This document shows, in pieces, positions 1 to 15,900 of a stretch of DNA of 64,000 nucleotides. Under the pieces are notes generated by a model. That model was not told the DNA's origin. It saw only the letters and a list, made by a program, of their open reading frames with translations, and did no database searches. Position numbers and translations under genes: made by a program. How positions within the stretch are numbered: position 1 is the first letter of the stretch; every line of letters begins with the position of its first letter. Source of the DNA: the human T2T-CHM13v2.0 reference genome, Homo sapiens; NCBI RefSeq assembly GCF_009914755.1, contig NC_060938.1. One strand, 5' to 3'.

Positions 1-2560
1 GTGGAATTGAATGATGTGGAACTCAATTGTATGGAGTGCGATGGAGTGGAATGGAATGGAATGGGAAGGAATGGAATTGAGTGGAGTGGAGTGGAGTGGA
101 GTGGATTGTAATGCAATGGAATGGAATGGAATGGAATAGAGTGAAGTGGAATGGAGTGGAGTGGAGAGGAGTGGAGTGTAAAGGAAAGTACCGAATGGAG
201 TGGAATGGAATGGAGAGGAATGGAATGGAATGGAGTCGACAGGAGGGCAATGGAATGTAATGGAATAGAAAGGAATGGAATGTAGTGGAGTGGAGTTGAG
301 TGGAATGGAGGGGAATGGAATGGAATGGAATGGAATGGAATGGAATGGAATGGAATGGACTCAAAGGGAATGTACTTGAATGGAATGGAATAGTTTGGAA
401 AGGAATCCAATGGAATGGAATGGAATGGAACGGACTCGAATTGAATGGAATGGAATGGAATGGAAAGGAATGGAATGAAATGGAATGGAATGGAATGGAA
501 CGGAATGGAATGGAATGGAATGGAATGGAATGGAATGGAATGGAATGGAACGGGATTGAATGGAATGGAATGGAATCAAATGAAATAGAATGAATTGGAA
601 TGGAATTGAATGGAAAGGAATTGAATGGCATCCACTGGAATGCTGTGAAGTGGAGTAGAGAGAAGTGGAATGCAGTGGAATGGAATAGAGTGGAATGGAA
701 TTGAATGGAATGGAGTGGATTGGAGAAGAATAGAGTGGAATGGAATGAGAACGAATGGAATTGAATGGAGTGGAGTGGAGCAGAGCAGAGTGGAATGGAA
801 TGCAATAGAATGGAATGGAATGGAATGGAATGGAATGGAATGGAATGGAATGGAATGGAATGGAAAAGTGGAATGGAGTGGAATGCAGTGGAATAGAATG
901 GAGTGGAGTGGAATGGAATGGAGTGAAGTGGAAAGGAATGGAAAGGAGTGAAGTGGAGAGGAATGGAAAGGAAGGAAAGGAAAGGGAAGAGAATGGAAAA
1001 GAATATAATGGACTCCGACAGAATAGACTCAAACGGAATAGACTGGAATAGATTGGACTGGAATGGAATGGACTCGAATGGAATGGACTCAAATGGAATG
1101 GACTGGAGTGAAATGGATTGGAATAGAATGGGCTCGAATGGAATTGACTGGAGTGGAATAGTCCCGAATGGAATGGACTCAAAAGGAATGGACTGCAATG
1201 GAATGGACTGGAATTGAAACGAATTGAATGGAATGTCCTCGAATGTAATGGAATCGAATGGAAATGAATCGACGGGAATGGAATAGAATGGAATGGAATC
1301 AAATGGAGAGGAATAAAGTGGAAGGCAATCGAAAGGAATGGAATTGAATGGCAATGAATGGAATCAAATGGAATGTGATGAACTGGAGTGGAATGGATTG
1401 TCATGGAGTGTAATGGAATTGGGTGGAAATAAATTGAATGGAATGTAGTGGAGTGGAGAAGAGTGGAGTGGAATGGAATGGAATGAGAAGTAATGGAATT
1501 GAATGGAGTGGAGTAGAGAGGAGTGGACTGGAATGGACTGGAATGGACTGGACTGGAATGGAATGGAAAGAATGGAATTTAATTTAATGGACTCGAAAGG
1601 AATGGACTCGAATGGAATGCAATAGAGTGAAATATAATCGAAAGGAATGGACCCGAATGGAATAAAATCAAATCGAAAGGAATGAAATCGAATGGAATGG
1701 AATGGAATCGAATCGAATGGAGTGGAATCAAAAGGTTTGGAATCGAATAGAATGGAATCGAATGGAAACGACTGTAATCGAATGGTATGCATTGAAATGG
1801 AGTGCAGTGGAATGGAATGGAGTGGAAAGGAATGGGGAGGAATGGATTTCAATGGAGTGTAGTGGAGTGGAGTGGAAAGGAATAGAATGGGATTGAATGG
1901 AATGGAGTTGAATACAATGGAATGGAATGGAATAAAGTGGATCAGAGTGGATTGGAGTGGAATGGAATCGAACAGAATGGAATGGAAAGGATTGGAATGG
2001 AGTGGACTGGAGTGCAAATGAATGGAATGGAATCGAATGGAATTTAATCGAAAGGCATCGAATGGAAAGCAGTGGAGAAGAGAGGAGTGAAATGGAGGGG
2101 AATGGAAAGGGGTGGAATGGAAGTGAGTGGAACGGAATGGAGTGGAATGGAGTGGAATGGAATGAGAAGGAATGGAATTGAACGGAATGGAGTGCAGTAG
2201 AGGGGAGTAGAAATGAAATGCAATGGCATGGAATGGAATGAAATGGAAATGAATGGAATGAATGGAATAGAATTGAATGGAATGGAGTGGAATTGAATGG
2301 AATGGATTGGGATGGAATGGAATCAAATGGAATGGAAACGAATGGAAGAGAATGGAATGGAATGGAATCGAGTGGAATGAAATCGAAAGGCATTCAATGC
2401 AATCAAATGGAATGCAATGAAGTGGAGTAGAGTGGATTGAAATGGAGTGGAATGGAATGGGGTGGAATGGCATTTAATGGAGGGTAGTGGAGTGGAGGGA
2501 AATAGATTGGAAAGAGATGGAATGGGAAGTAACGGAATTCAACGGAGTGGAGTGGAGTGG
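1..2560 (+). repeat. Diverged GGAGT-rich HSat3 domain (same family as the distal domain, no Alu fragments)
   Basis: Frequent GGAGT. It carries motifs shared with the distal domain: GGGAAGGAATGGAATTGA at ~63, GGGGTGGAATGGCATTTAATGG at ~2459 and GGGAAGTAACGGAATTCAACGGAGTGG at ~2524. A short GGACT-rich patch lies at ~1010-1300. Confidence 0.65.
812..861 (+). repeat. Perfect (GGAAT)10 tract
   Basis: Ten uninterrupted pentamers. Similar tracts occur at ~502-546 and 37417-37466. Confidence 0.85.
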
Positions 2561-5500
2561 ATTAGAATAGACTGGAATCGAATGGACTGGAAAGGAACGG
2601 AAAGGAAAGAATGGAATTTTATGGAATGGACTCGAATGGAATTGAATCAAAAAGTATGGAATCAAATGGAATGGAATCGAATGTAATGGACGCGAATGGA
2701 ATGTAATCGAATGGAATGGAATGGAACGGAATGGAATGGAATGGAACGGAATGGAACGGAATGGAAAGGAATGGAATGGAGTCGAATAGAATGGAAGGGA
2801 ATGGAGTGTAAAGGAATGGACTCGAATTTAATGGACTAGAATGGAATGGACTCGAATGGAATAGAATCAAATGGGATGGCATTGAATGGAATGGAATGGG
2901 ATGGACCCAAATGTAACGGACTCGAATGGAATGGACTCAAATAGAACGGACTCGAAACCAATGGTCTCGAATGGAATTTATTCGAATAGAATGGTAAAGA
3001 ATGGAATGGAATCAGAGGGAATGAAATCGAATGGAATGGAATCGAATGGAATGGACAGGAACGGAATGGACTGGAATAGAACAGAGTCAAATGTAATGGA
3101 CTGCAATGTAATTCATTTGAATGGAATGGAATCGAATGGAATGTAATCAAATGGAATGGAATGGAATGCAATGGAATGGAATAGAATGGAATGCAGTGGA
3201 ATGGAATAGAACGGAATACAATGGAATCGAATGGAGTGGAATCGAGTGGAATGCAATCGAATCGATTGGAATCGAATGGAATGGACTCGAATGGAATGGA
3301 CTGTAATGGAATGGACTCAAATGGAATGAACTGGAGTGGAATGGAGAAGATTGGAATGGATTGGAAAGGAATGGAATGGAATGCAAAGGAATAAAATGGA
3401 ATGGAATCAGATAGAACGGAATGGAATGGAATGGAGTCAATTTGAATGGCATTGAATGGAATGGAATGGAATGAAATGAAACAGAATGGAATGGAAAAGA
3501 ATGGAATGGAAGGGAATGGAATGGAAAGGAATAGAATGGAATGCAATCGGATGGAACGGAATGGAATGGAATGGAGTCGATTGGAATAGAATCGAATGGA
3601 GTGGCATCGAATGGAATTGAATGGAATGCAATGGAACGTACTCGAATGGAATGTACTGGAATGGAGCAGAAACAAATGGAATGGACTGGAGTGGAATGGA
3701 CAGGAATGGAATGGAAATGAATGTAATGGAAGAAAATGGAATGGAAAGGAATAGAATGGAATGGAATCGGATGGAACGGAATAGAATGGAATGGAGTCGA
3801 ATGGAATAAATTTGAATGCAATGGCTTCGAATGGAATGGAATGGAATGGACTTGAATGCAATGGACTGGAATGGAATGGACTCGAAAGGAATGGACTGGA
3901 GTGGAATGGATTGAAATGGCATGGAAACGAATGGAATGGAATGGAATGGAATGGAATCAGATTGAACGGAATGGAATGGTATCAACTCGAATGAAATAGA
4001 ATCGAATGGAATTTCAATGAATGGAATGGAATGGACTCGATTGGAATGGACTCGAATGGAATAGAAACAAATGTAATGGGATCGAATGGAATGGAATGGA
4101 ACAGAATGGAATGGACCCAAAAGTAATGGACTTGAATGGAATGGGCTCAAATTGAATGGACTCGAAATAAATGGTCTCGAATGTAATTTATATGATAGAA
4201 TGGAATTGAATGGAATGCAATAGTATGGATTGGAATCGAATGGAATGGAATTGAACAGAATCGAAAGGAATAGAAAGGAATGGAGTGCAATGGAAAGATA
4301 TCAAATGGAAAGGAATGGAGAGGAATGGACTCGAATGGAATGGACTGGAACGCAATGGACTCAAATGGAATGGACTGGAGTGGAATGGACTCAATTGGAA
4401 TTTAAACGAATAGAATGGAATGGAATGGAAAGGACTAAAATGGAATGGAATCGGATGGAATGGAATGGAATGGAATGGAGTTCAATGCAATAAAATCGAA
4501 TGCAATGGCTTCGAATGGAATGGAATGGAATGGACTCGAATGCAATGTACTGGAACTAAATGGAATCAAACGGATTGGTATGGAAAGGAACAGAATGCAT
4601 TGGAATGGAATGAAATGGACTCGAATGGAATGGAGTCGAATGGATTGGAATCGAAGTGAAGGGAATCGAATAGAGTTGAATTGAATGGAATCGAATGAAA
4701 TAGAATGGAATGGAGTGTAATGGAAAGACATTGAAGGGAATGGAATGGACTCGAAAGGCATGGACTGGAATGGAAGGGACACGAATGGAATGGACTGGAG
4801 TGGAATGGATTCGCATGGATTGGAAAAGAATGGAATGGAATGGAATGGAAAGGAACGGAATAGAATGGAATGTAATCGGATGGAACCAAATGGAATGAAA
4901 TCAACTCGAATGGAATATAATCGAATGGAATTTCATCAAATGGAATGGATTGGACTTGATTGGAATGGACTCGAATGGAATAGAAAAAAAATGGTTTGGG
5001 ATCGAATGGAATGGAATGGAATGGAATGGTATGGACCCAAATGTAGTGGCATCGAATGGAATGGGCTCAAATATAATGGACTCGAAAGAAATGGTCTCGA
5101 ATGTAATTTATACGAATGGAATGGAATTGAATGGAATGCAATAGTATGGAATCGAACCGAATGGAATGGAATTGAATGGAATCGAAAGGAATAGAATGGA
5201 ATGGAGTGCAATGGAAAGATATTGAATGGAAAGTAATGGAATGGAAAGGACTGTAATGGAATTCACGCGAATGGAATGGACTGGAGTGGAATGGGCTCGA
5301 ATGGAATGGAGACGAATGGAATGTCATGGAATGGAAAGGAAGGGAATGAAATATAAAGGAATAGAATGGAATGGAATCGGATGGAATGATATGGAATGGA
5401 ATGGAGTTGAATGGAATAGAATCCAATGGAATGGCTTCGAATGGAATGGAATTGAAAGGAATGGACTGGAATGGAAAGGATTCAAATGGAATGGACTGGA

Positions 5501-8500
5501 ACAAAATGGAATTGAACGGATTGGAATCAAACTGAAAGGAATTGAATGGAATGGAATGGACTCGATTGGAAGGGAGTCGAAGGGAATGGAATCAAATGGA
5601 ATGTACTGGAGTTGAATGAACGCAAATGGAATGGAAACCAATGGAATGGAATGGAATGCAACGCAATGGAAGGGAACGGAATGAAAAGGAATAGAAAGGA
5701 ATGGAATCGGATGGAAAGTAATGGAATGGAATGGAGTCAAATGGAATAGAATAGAATGATATGACATCCAATGGAATGGAATGGAATGGAGTCAAATGGA
5801 ATAGTATAGAATAGTATGGCATCAAATGGAATGGAATGGAATGAACTCGAATGGAGTGGACTCAATGGAATAGAATGGAATGGAAGGGCATGGAATGGAA
5901 TGGAATGGAATGGAATAGTGTGGAATGGACCCAAATATAATGGACTCGTATGGAATGGACTCAAATAGAATGGACCCAAAAGGAATGGACTCGAATGCAA
6001 TTTATTCAAAAGAATGGAATCGAATGGAATGCAATAGTATGGAATAGAATCAAATGGAATGGAATCGAATGGAATGGACTGGAATGGACTGGACTGGCAC
6101 AAAATGGAATTGAACGCATTGGAATTGAGCAGAACGGAATGGAATGGACTGGAATGGAATGGTCTTGAATTTAATGGACTGGAGTGGAATGGTCTCGAAT
6201 GTAATGAACACGAATGGAATGGAATGAAATGGAATGGAATGGAAAGGAATAGAATGGAATGGAAGCGGAAGGGATGGAACACAATGGAATGAAATGGTCT
6301 CTAATGGAATGGACTCGAATGGAATGGAATGGAATGAAATGGCATCGAATGGAATGGAATGTAAGGGAGTGTAATGGAAAGATATCAAATAGAATGGTAT
6401 GGACTTCAATGGAATGGACTGGATTGCAGTTTACTCAAATGGAATGGACTGGAGTGGAATGGACACGAATGTAATGGAAACGAGTGGAATGGAATGGAAT
6501 GGAATCGGGTGGAATGGAATGGAATGGAATCGGATGGAATGGAATGAAATGGAATGGAATCGGTTGAAATGGAATGAAATGGAATGGAGTTGAATGGAAT
6601 AGAATCCAAAGGAATTGCTTCGAATGGAATGGAATGGAATGAAATGGAATGGAATGGAATGAAATGGAATGGAATGGAATGAAATGGAATGGAATTGAAT
6701 GGAATGGAATTGAATGGAATGGAATGAAGTCGAATGGAATGGACTCGAATGGATTAGAATCAAATGGAATGGCATCTAATGGAATGGAATGGAATGGAAC
6801 GGAATGGAACCAAATGTAACGTACTCAAATGGAATGGACTCAAAAGGAATGAACTCAAAAGGAATGGTCTCGAATGGAATTTATTCGAATAGAATGGAAT
6901 CGAATGGAATGCAATAGTATGGAATGGAATCTAATGGAATAGAATCAAATGTAATGGACAGGAATGGAATGGACAGGAATAGAATGGAATCATACGTAAT
7001 GGTTTGTAATGTAATTGATTTGAATGGAATGGAATCGAATGGAATGTGATCAAACGGAGTGGAATGGAATGCATTGGAATGGAATAGAAAGTAATGCAGT
7101 GGAATGGATTGGACTGGAATCGAATGGAATGGAATTCAACGGAATGGAATAGAAAGGAATGGAATCGATTGGAATGGATTGGAATGTAATGGACTCGAAT
7201 GGATTGGACTGGAAGAAAGTGGAATTGAATAGATTGGAATAGAATGGAACAGAATGGAATTGAATGGAATGGACTCGAATGAAATGGAGTCAAATGGAAT
7301 GGAATGGAATGGTATGGAATGGAATGGAAAAGAATGGAATTTAATGGAATCCAAAGGAATAGAATGGAATGGTTTTAATGGAAAGAAATCGAATGGAATG
7401 GAGTCAAATGGAATGTAGTGGAATTGAATGGACTCTAATGGAATGGAGTGGAGTGGAAATGACGCGAATGGAAATGAAACGAATGAAATGGATCGCAATG
7501 AATGGAATGGAATCGAACAGATTGGATTGGAATGGAAAGGAATAGAATGGATTGGAATCGGATGGAACGTAATGGAATGGAGTGGAATGGAATAGAATCG
7601 AATCGAATGGCAACGAATGGAATGGACTGGAAAGGAGTGGACTCGAATGGAATAGAATCGAATGGAATGGCATCAAATGGAATGGAAAGGAATGGAATGC
7701 AATTGACCCAAATGTAATGGACTCGAATGGAAGGGACTAAAAAAAATGGACTTGAAAGAATTGGCTTCAAATGGAATTTATTCAAATAGAATAGAGTCGA
7801 ATGTAATGGAACAGTATGGAAGGGAATGGAATGGAATGGAATCAAAAGGAATGGAACAGAATGGAATGGAATGGAATGGAATAGAACGGACTCGAATGTA
7901 TTGGACTGAAATGTAATTGATTTGAAGGGAATAGAATCGAATCGAATGTAATCAAATGGAATGGAATGAAATAGAATGGAATGGAATGGAATGGAGTGGA
8001 ATCAAATGGAATGGAATCAAATGGAATGTAATCGAGTGGAATGGAACCGATTGGAATGGACTGGAATGGAATGGACTCGAATGGAATGGACCGGAAAAAA
8101 AGGAATTGAACGGATTGGAATCGAAGAGAACGAAATTTAATGGAATGGATTGGAATGGAATCGAATGGAATGGAGTTGAATGAAATGCAATAGAATGGTG
8201 TAGAGTTGAATGGAATCGAAAGGAATACAATGGAATGGAATGGAATGGAAAGGAAATATATCAAATGGAATGGAATGTAATGAAATGGACTCTAATGGAA
8301 TGGACTCTAATGGTATGGACTGGAATGTAATGTCCTGGAGTGGAATGGAATCGAATGGAATGGAAATATGGAATGGAATGGAATGGAATGAATGGAATGG
8401 AATGGAAAGGAATAGAATGGAATGGAATCGGGTGGAATGGAATGTAATCGGATGGAATGGAATGGACTGGAATGGAGTCGAATGGAATAGAATTGAATGC

Positions 8501-11500
8501 AATGGAATTGAATGGAATGGAGTGGAATGGAATGGAATGGACTCGAACGGAATGGACTCAAGTGGAATAGAATGGAATGGAATGGCATCGAAGTGAATGG
8601 AATGGAAACAAATGGAATGGACCCCATTGCAATGGACTCGAATTGAAGGGACTGAAATAGAATGGATTGGAAGGGAATGGTCTTGAATGGAATTTATTGG
8701 AATAGCATGGATTTGAAAGGAATGAAATAGTATAGAATAGAATCCAATGGAATGGAATGGAATGGAATGGAATGAACTGGAATACAACACACTCGAATGT
8801 AATGGATTGCAATGTAATTGACTCGAATGAAATGGAATTGAATTTAATGTAGTCAAATGGAATGGAAAGGAATGCAATGGAATGGAACAGAATGGAATGC
8901 AATAGAATGGAATGGAGTGGAATCGAGAGGAATGGAAACGAATGGAATGGAATTGAATGGAATTGATTCGAATGGAATGGACTCAAGAGGAATTGTCTTG
9001 AATGGAATTTATTCGAAGAGAATGGAATCAAATTGAATGCAATAGTATGGAATGGAATCGAATGGAATGGACAGGAATGGAATGGACTGGAATGGAACAG
9101 ACTACAATTTAAGGCATTGAAAAGTAATTGATTTGAATGGAATGCAATCGAATGGATTGTAATCTAATGGAACGGAATGGAATGGAATGGAATGGATTCG
9201 AAAGGAATGGACACCTATGGAACATAATTGTATGGAATGGCATCGAATGGAATGGAATGGAATGGAATGGAATGAAATGGATCCGAATGGAATGGAATGG
9301 ATTGGAATGGAATGAAATGGATCCAAATGTAATGGACTCGAATGGAATGGACTCAAGTAGAATGGACTCTAAAGGAATGGCCTCGAATGGAATTTATTCG
9401 AAAACTTTGGGACCAAATGGAATGCAATAGTATGGAATGGAATGCAATGGAATGAAATCGAATGGAATGGACTGGAATAGAACGGACTCGAATGTAATGG
9501 ATTGCAAAGTAATTGACTCGAATGGAATGAAATCGAATTTAATGTAACCAAAAGGAATGGAATGGTATAGAATGGAATGCAATGTAATGGAACGGAGAAG
9601 AATCAATTGGAATGGAATGGAATCGAATGGACTGGAATCGAATGGAATGGACTGGAATTGAATGGACTTGAACGGAATATACTGGAACAAAATGGAATCG
9701 AACGGATTGCAATCAAATTGAACGAAATGGAATGTAATGGTCTCAAACGGAATGGAGTCGAATGGAATGGAATCGAATGGAATGGAATTACATGGAATGG
9801 AATTGAACGGAATAAAAAGAATAGAATGGAATGGATTGTAATGGAAAGATATCGAATGGAATGGCATGGAATGGAATGGACTTGAATGGAATGGACTGGA
9901 ATGGAATGGATTCGAATGGAATCACTGGAGTGTAATGGAGTCGAATGGAATGGACTGGATTGGAACGGACTCAAATGGAATGGACACGAATGGAATGGAG
10001 TGGAATGGAAAGGAATAGAATGAAATAGAATCGGATGGAATGGAATGGAATGGAATGGAGTCGAATGGAATAGAAATGAATGGAATGGCAACGTATGGAA
10101 TGGAAAGGAATGGAAGGGAATGGAATGGAACCAAATGTAATGGACTGGAATGGAATAGACTCAAACAGAATGGACTCGAAAGGAACGGTCTCTAATGGAA
10201 TTTATTCGAATAGAATGAATCGAATGAAATGGAAACAAATGGAATGGAATGGAATGGAAAGGAATAGAATGGAATGGAAATGGATGGAACAGAATGGAAT
10301 GGAAACGGATGGAACAGAATGGAATGGAATGGATTCAAATGGAAAAGAATCAAACGGAATGACATCGAATGGAATGGAATGGAATGGGCTCTAAAATCGA
10401 CTCGAATGGAATAGAATAGAATGGAATGGTACTCAATGGAATGGAATAGAACGGAATGCAATAAAATGTAACGGAGTGGAATCGAGTGGAATGGAATCGA
10501 ATGGAATGTAATCAAAGGAATGGAATTTAATGGAATGGAATAGAATGGAATGGAATGGACTCGAATGGAAAGGAGTCGAAAGGAATGGAATCGAAAGGAA
10601 GGTGTTCTATTGGAATGGAATTGATTAGAATCAAAATTAATAGAATGGAATGGAGTGTAATGGAAAGATGTCGAATGGAATGGAATGGATTGGATTCGAG
10701 TGGAATGGACTGGAATGTAATGGACTCGAAAGGAATGAACTGGAGTGGAATGGAGTCTAATAGAATGGAAACGAATGGAATGCACTGGAATGGAATGGAA
10801 TGCAAAGAAATGGAATAGAAGGCAACGCAATGGAATGGAACAGAGTGGAGTCGAGTGGCATGGAATCGAATGGAATGGAATCTAATGGAATGGACTGTAA
10901 TGGAATGGACTCGAATGGAATGGACAGGAACAAAATGGAATCAAACGCATTGGCAACGAACGGAACGGAATGCAATGAAATGGAAAGAAATGGAGTCGAA
11001 AGGAATGGAGTAGAATGGAATGGAATCGAATGTAACGGAATCAAATGGAATGGAATTGATTGGAAACGAAAGAAACAGAATTAAATGGAGTGAAACGGAA
11101 AAATGTCTAATGTAATTAAATGGAATTGACTCGAATGGAATGCACTGGAATGGAATGGACTCGAATGGAATGGACTGGAGTGGAATGGACATGAACGGAA
11201 TGGAATGTAATACATTGGAATGGAATGGAAAAGAATAGAATGGAATAGAATTTCATGGAATGGAAAGAAAGGGAATGGAGTCGAATGGAATAGAATCGAA
11301 TGGAATGGCATCGAATGGAATGCAATGGAATGGATTCGAATGAAATGGACTCGAATGGAATAGCATCGAATGGAATCGACTGGAGTGAAATGGACTCGAA
11401 TGGAATGGCATCGAATGGAATGGACCCGAATGGAATGGACTCAAATGGAATAGAATCGAATGGAATGGAGTGGAATGGAATGGACCCAAATGTAATGGAC

Positions 11501-13189
11501 TCAAATGGAATAGAATCGAATGGACTGGCAGCGACTGCAATGTAATGGACTGGAAAGGAATGGAATGGAATGGACCCAAATGTAATGGAGTCGAAAGAAA
11601 TGGACTCAAATAGAATGGACTCGAAAGGAATGGTCTCGAAAGGAATTTATTCTAATAGAATGGAATTGAATAGACTGCAATAGTATTTAATGGAATCAAA
11701 TGTAATCTAACGAAATGGAATGGACAGGAATGGAATGGACTGGAATAGAATGGAATCGAATGTAATGGATTACAATGTAATTGATTCGAATGGAATGGAA
11801 TCGAAAGGAGTGTAATAAAATGGAATGGAATGGAATGCAATGGAATGGAATAGAATAGAATGTAATAGAATGGAACGGAGTGGAATCGAGTGGAATGGAG
11901 TCGAATGGAATGGAATCAAATGGGATGCACTGGAAGGGAATGGATTCGAATGGAATGGACTGGAACAAAGTAGAATCGAACGGATTGGAATCGAACAGAA
12001 CGGAATGGAATGGAATGCAATAGAATGGACTCGAATGGAATTGAATTGAATGGAATTCAAAGGAATAGAATGGAATGGAATGGAATGGAAGATATCGAAT
12101 GGAATTGAATGGAATGGAATGGACTTGAATGGAATGGAGTCGAATGAAATGGAATCGAATGGAATGGAATCGAATGGAATGGAATTGAATAGAACCGAAA
12201 GGAATAGAAAGGAATGGAGTGTAAAGGAAAGATATCGAATCAAAAGGAATGGAATGGAATGGAATCGAATGGAGTGGATTGTAATGGAATGGACTAGAAT
12301 GGAATGCAACTGAAAGGAATTGAAAGGAATAGAGTGGAATGGAGTGTAATGGAAAGATATCGAATGGAATGGAATGGACTAGAAAGGAATGCAGTAGAAT
12401 GGAATGGAATCGAATGGAATAGAATTGAATAGAATCGAAATGAATAGAAAGGAATAGAAAGGAATGGAGTGTAAAGGAAAGTTATCGAATGAAAGTAATG
12501 GAATGGAATGGACTCGAATCAAGTGGATTGCAATGGAATGGACTCGAATGGAATGGACTGGAGAGGAAAGAACTCAAAAGCAATGGAAATGAATGGAATG
12601 GAATGGAATGGAATGGAATGGAAAGGAATAGAACGGAATGGAATCGGATGGAAAGGAATGGAATGGAGTTGAGTGGATTAGAATCAAATGGAATGGCATC
12701 TAATGGAATGGAGTGGATTGGAATGGAATCGAATGGACTCAGACGGAATGGACTTGAACAGAATTGAATGGAATGGCATCGAAAGGAATGGAATGGAATG
12801 GAAGGGAAACAAATAGAATGGACTCGAACGGATTGGATTGGATCAAAATGGAATTGAACGGAATTGAATCGGACAGAATGGAATGAAATGGAATGGACTT
12901 GAATGGAATGGAGTCAAATGGAACGAAACAGAAAGGAATGGAATTGAATTGAATCTTAAGAAATAGAATGGAATGGAGTGTAATGGAAAGATATCGAAAG
13001 CAATGGAATGGAATGGAATGGATTCCAATGGAACGGACTCGAATGGAAAGTACTCGAATGGAATGGACTGGAGCAGAATGGAATCGAAAGGAATGTGATC
13101 GAATGGAATGGAATGGAACGGAATGGAATCAAATGGAATGGACTCGAATGGAATAGAATCGAATGCAATGGCATCGAATGGAATGGAAT

Positions 13190-15900
13190 GGAATTGGATG
13201 GACCCAAATGTATTGAACTCGAATGCAATAGACTCAAATATAATTTATTAAAAAGGAATGGTCTCTAATGGAATTTATTCGAATACAGTGCAATCAAATG
13301 GAATGCAATAGTATGGAATGGAATTAAATGGAATGGACCAGAATGGAATGGACTGGAATAAAATGGTTTCGATTGTAATGGATTGCAATCCAATTGATTT
13401 GAGTTGTATGGAATCAAATGGAATGAAATCATATGGAATGCAATGGTATGCAATGGAATGGAATGGAATGGAATTCAATGGAAAGGAACGGAGTGGAATT
13501 GAGTGGAATGGAATCGAAAGGAAGGGAATCAAATGGAATGGAATCAAATCAAATGGACTGGAATGGAATGGACTCGAATGGAATGGACTGGAAGAAAATG
13601 GAATCGAATGGATTGAAGTAGAACAGAATGCAATGGAATGGAAAGGAATGAAAAGGAATGGACACGAATGGAATGGAGTGGAATGGAATGCAATTAAATA
13701 GAATGGAATGGAATGGAACGGAGTGAAATGGAAAGATATCAAATGGAACTGAACGGAATGGAATGGAATGAAATGGACTGGAGTGGAATGGACTCGAATG
13801 AAATGGACTGGAGTGGAATGGGCTCGAATGGAAAGGAAATGAATGTAATGGAATGGAAAGGACTACAATGGAATGGAATAGGATGGAACTGAATGGAATG
13901 GAATGGAATCGAATGGAATAGAATCGTGTGGAATGACATCGAATGGAATGGAATGGAATGGACTCGAATGGAATGGACTCTAATGGAATAGAATCGAAAG
14001 TAATGGCATGGAATGGAATGGAAAGGAATGGAATGGAATGCAAAGGAACGGACCCAGATGTAATGTACACGAATGGAATGCAGTCAAATAGAATGGACTC
14101 GAAAGGAATGGTCTCGAATGGAATTTATTCAAATAGAATGGAATCGAAAGGAATGTAATAGTATCTAAATGAATCGAATGGAATTTAATCAAATGGAATG
14201 GACTGGAATGGAATGGACTGGAATAGAAAACACTCGAATGTAATGGATGGAAATGTAATTGATTCGAATGCCTTGAAATTGAATGGAATGTAATCAAACG
14301 AAATGGAATGGAATGCAAAGGAATGGAATAGAATGGCATGCAGTGGAATGGAACAGAATGGAATAGAGTGGAATGGAATCAAATGGAATTTAATCGAATT
14401 GAATGGAATGGAATCGAAAGGAATGGAATCGAATGGAATGGACTGGAATGGAATGTACTCGAGTGGAATTGAATGGAATAAAATGGAATGGACTTGAGTG
14501 GAATTGACTGGAACAAAATGGAATGTAATGGATTGGAATCGAATGGAACAGAATGGAATGGAATTTAATGGAATGGAATGGAGTAGAATGGAATAGAATA
14601 GAATGGAATGACATCGAATGGTATGGACTGGAATTGGATGGACCCAAATGTAATGGACTTGAATGTAATAGACTCAAATAGAATGGATTAAAAAGGAATG
14701 GTCTTGAATGGAATTTATTCGAATACAGTGGAATCGAATGGAATGCAATAGTATGGAATGGAATCGAAAGTAATGGACGAGAATGGAATGGACTGGAATA
14801 GAACGGACTCGAATGTAATGGATTGCAATCCAATTGATTTGAGCTGAATGGAATCAAATGGAATGTAATCATAGGAAACGTAATGATATGCAATGGAATG
14901 GAATAGAATGGAATGCAATGGAATGCAATGGAGTGGAAACGAGTGGAATGGAATCAAATGGAAGGGAATCGAATGGAATGGAATCGAATTGAATGGACTG
15001 GAATGGAATGGACTCGAATGGAATGGACTGCAACAAATAGGAATCGAACGGAATGAAGTCGAACAGAAAGGAATGGAATGGAATGGAATGAAAAGGAATG
15101 GATTCGAATGGAATGGAGTCGAATGGAAAGGAATACAGTGGAATGGAATCGAATGGAATGGAATTGAATGGAATCGAAAGGAAAAGAATGGAAAGGAATG
15201 AAAAGGAAAGATATCAAGTGGAATTGAATGGAATGGAATGGACTCAAATGAAATGGACTGGAATGGAATGGACTCGAATGGAATGGGATGGAGTGGAATG
15301 GACTCCAATGGAATGGAAACCAATGGAATGGAATGGTATGGAAAGGGCAAGAATGGAGTGGAATCAGATGGAACCGAATGAAATGGAATGGAGTCGAATA
15401 GAATAGAATCGAATCGAATGGCATGGAATGGAATGGAATGGAATGCATTCGAATGGAATGGGCTCTAATGGAATAGATTCTAATGTAATGGTATCAAATG
15501 GAATAGAAAGGAATGGAATGGAATGCAATGGAACGGACCCAAATGTAATGGACACGAATGGAATGGACTCAAATAGAATGGACTCAAAAGGAATGGTCTC
15601 GAATGGAATTTATTCAAATAGAATGGAATCCAAAGGAGTGCAATAGTATCAAATGGTATTGAATGGAGTTGAATCAAATGGAATGGACAAGAATGGAATG
15701 GACTGGAATAGAAAGGACTCGAATGTAATGGATTGTAATGTAATTCATTTGAATGCCTTGGAATTGAATGGAATGAAATCAAATGGAATGGAATGGAATG
15801 CAATGGAATGGAATAGAATGGAATGCAATGGAATGGAATAGAATGGAATGCAATGGAATGGAATGGAATGAAATTTAGTGGAATGGAATCAAATGGAATT
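13190..15900 (+). repeat. Tandem duplication, ~1.44-1.49 kb period
   Basis: Rare variants repeat at +1440: GAATTGGATGGACCC (13191/14631), GAATTTATTCGAATACAGTG (13271/14711) and GATTGCAATCCAATTGATTTGAG (13381/14821). GGAACGGACCC repeats at +1485 (~14045/15530). Confidence 0.8.

Noticed and set aside
965-993. Pure purine tract GGAAAGGAAGGAAAGGAAAGGGAAGAGAA as a triplex or regulatory element
   Set aside because: It is short and readily explained by T-to-A drift of GGAAT pentamers.
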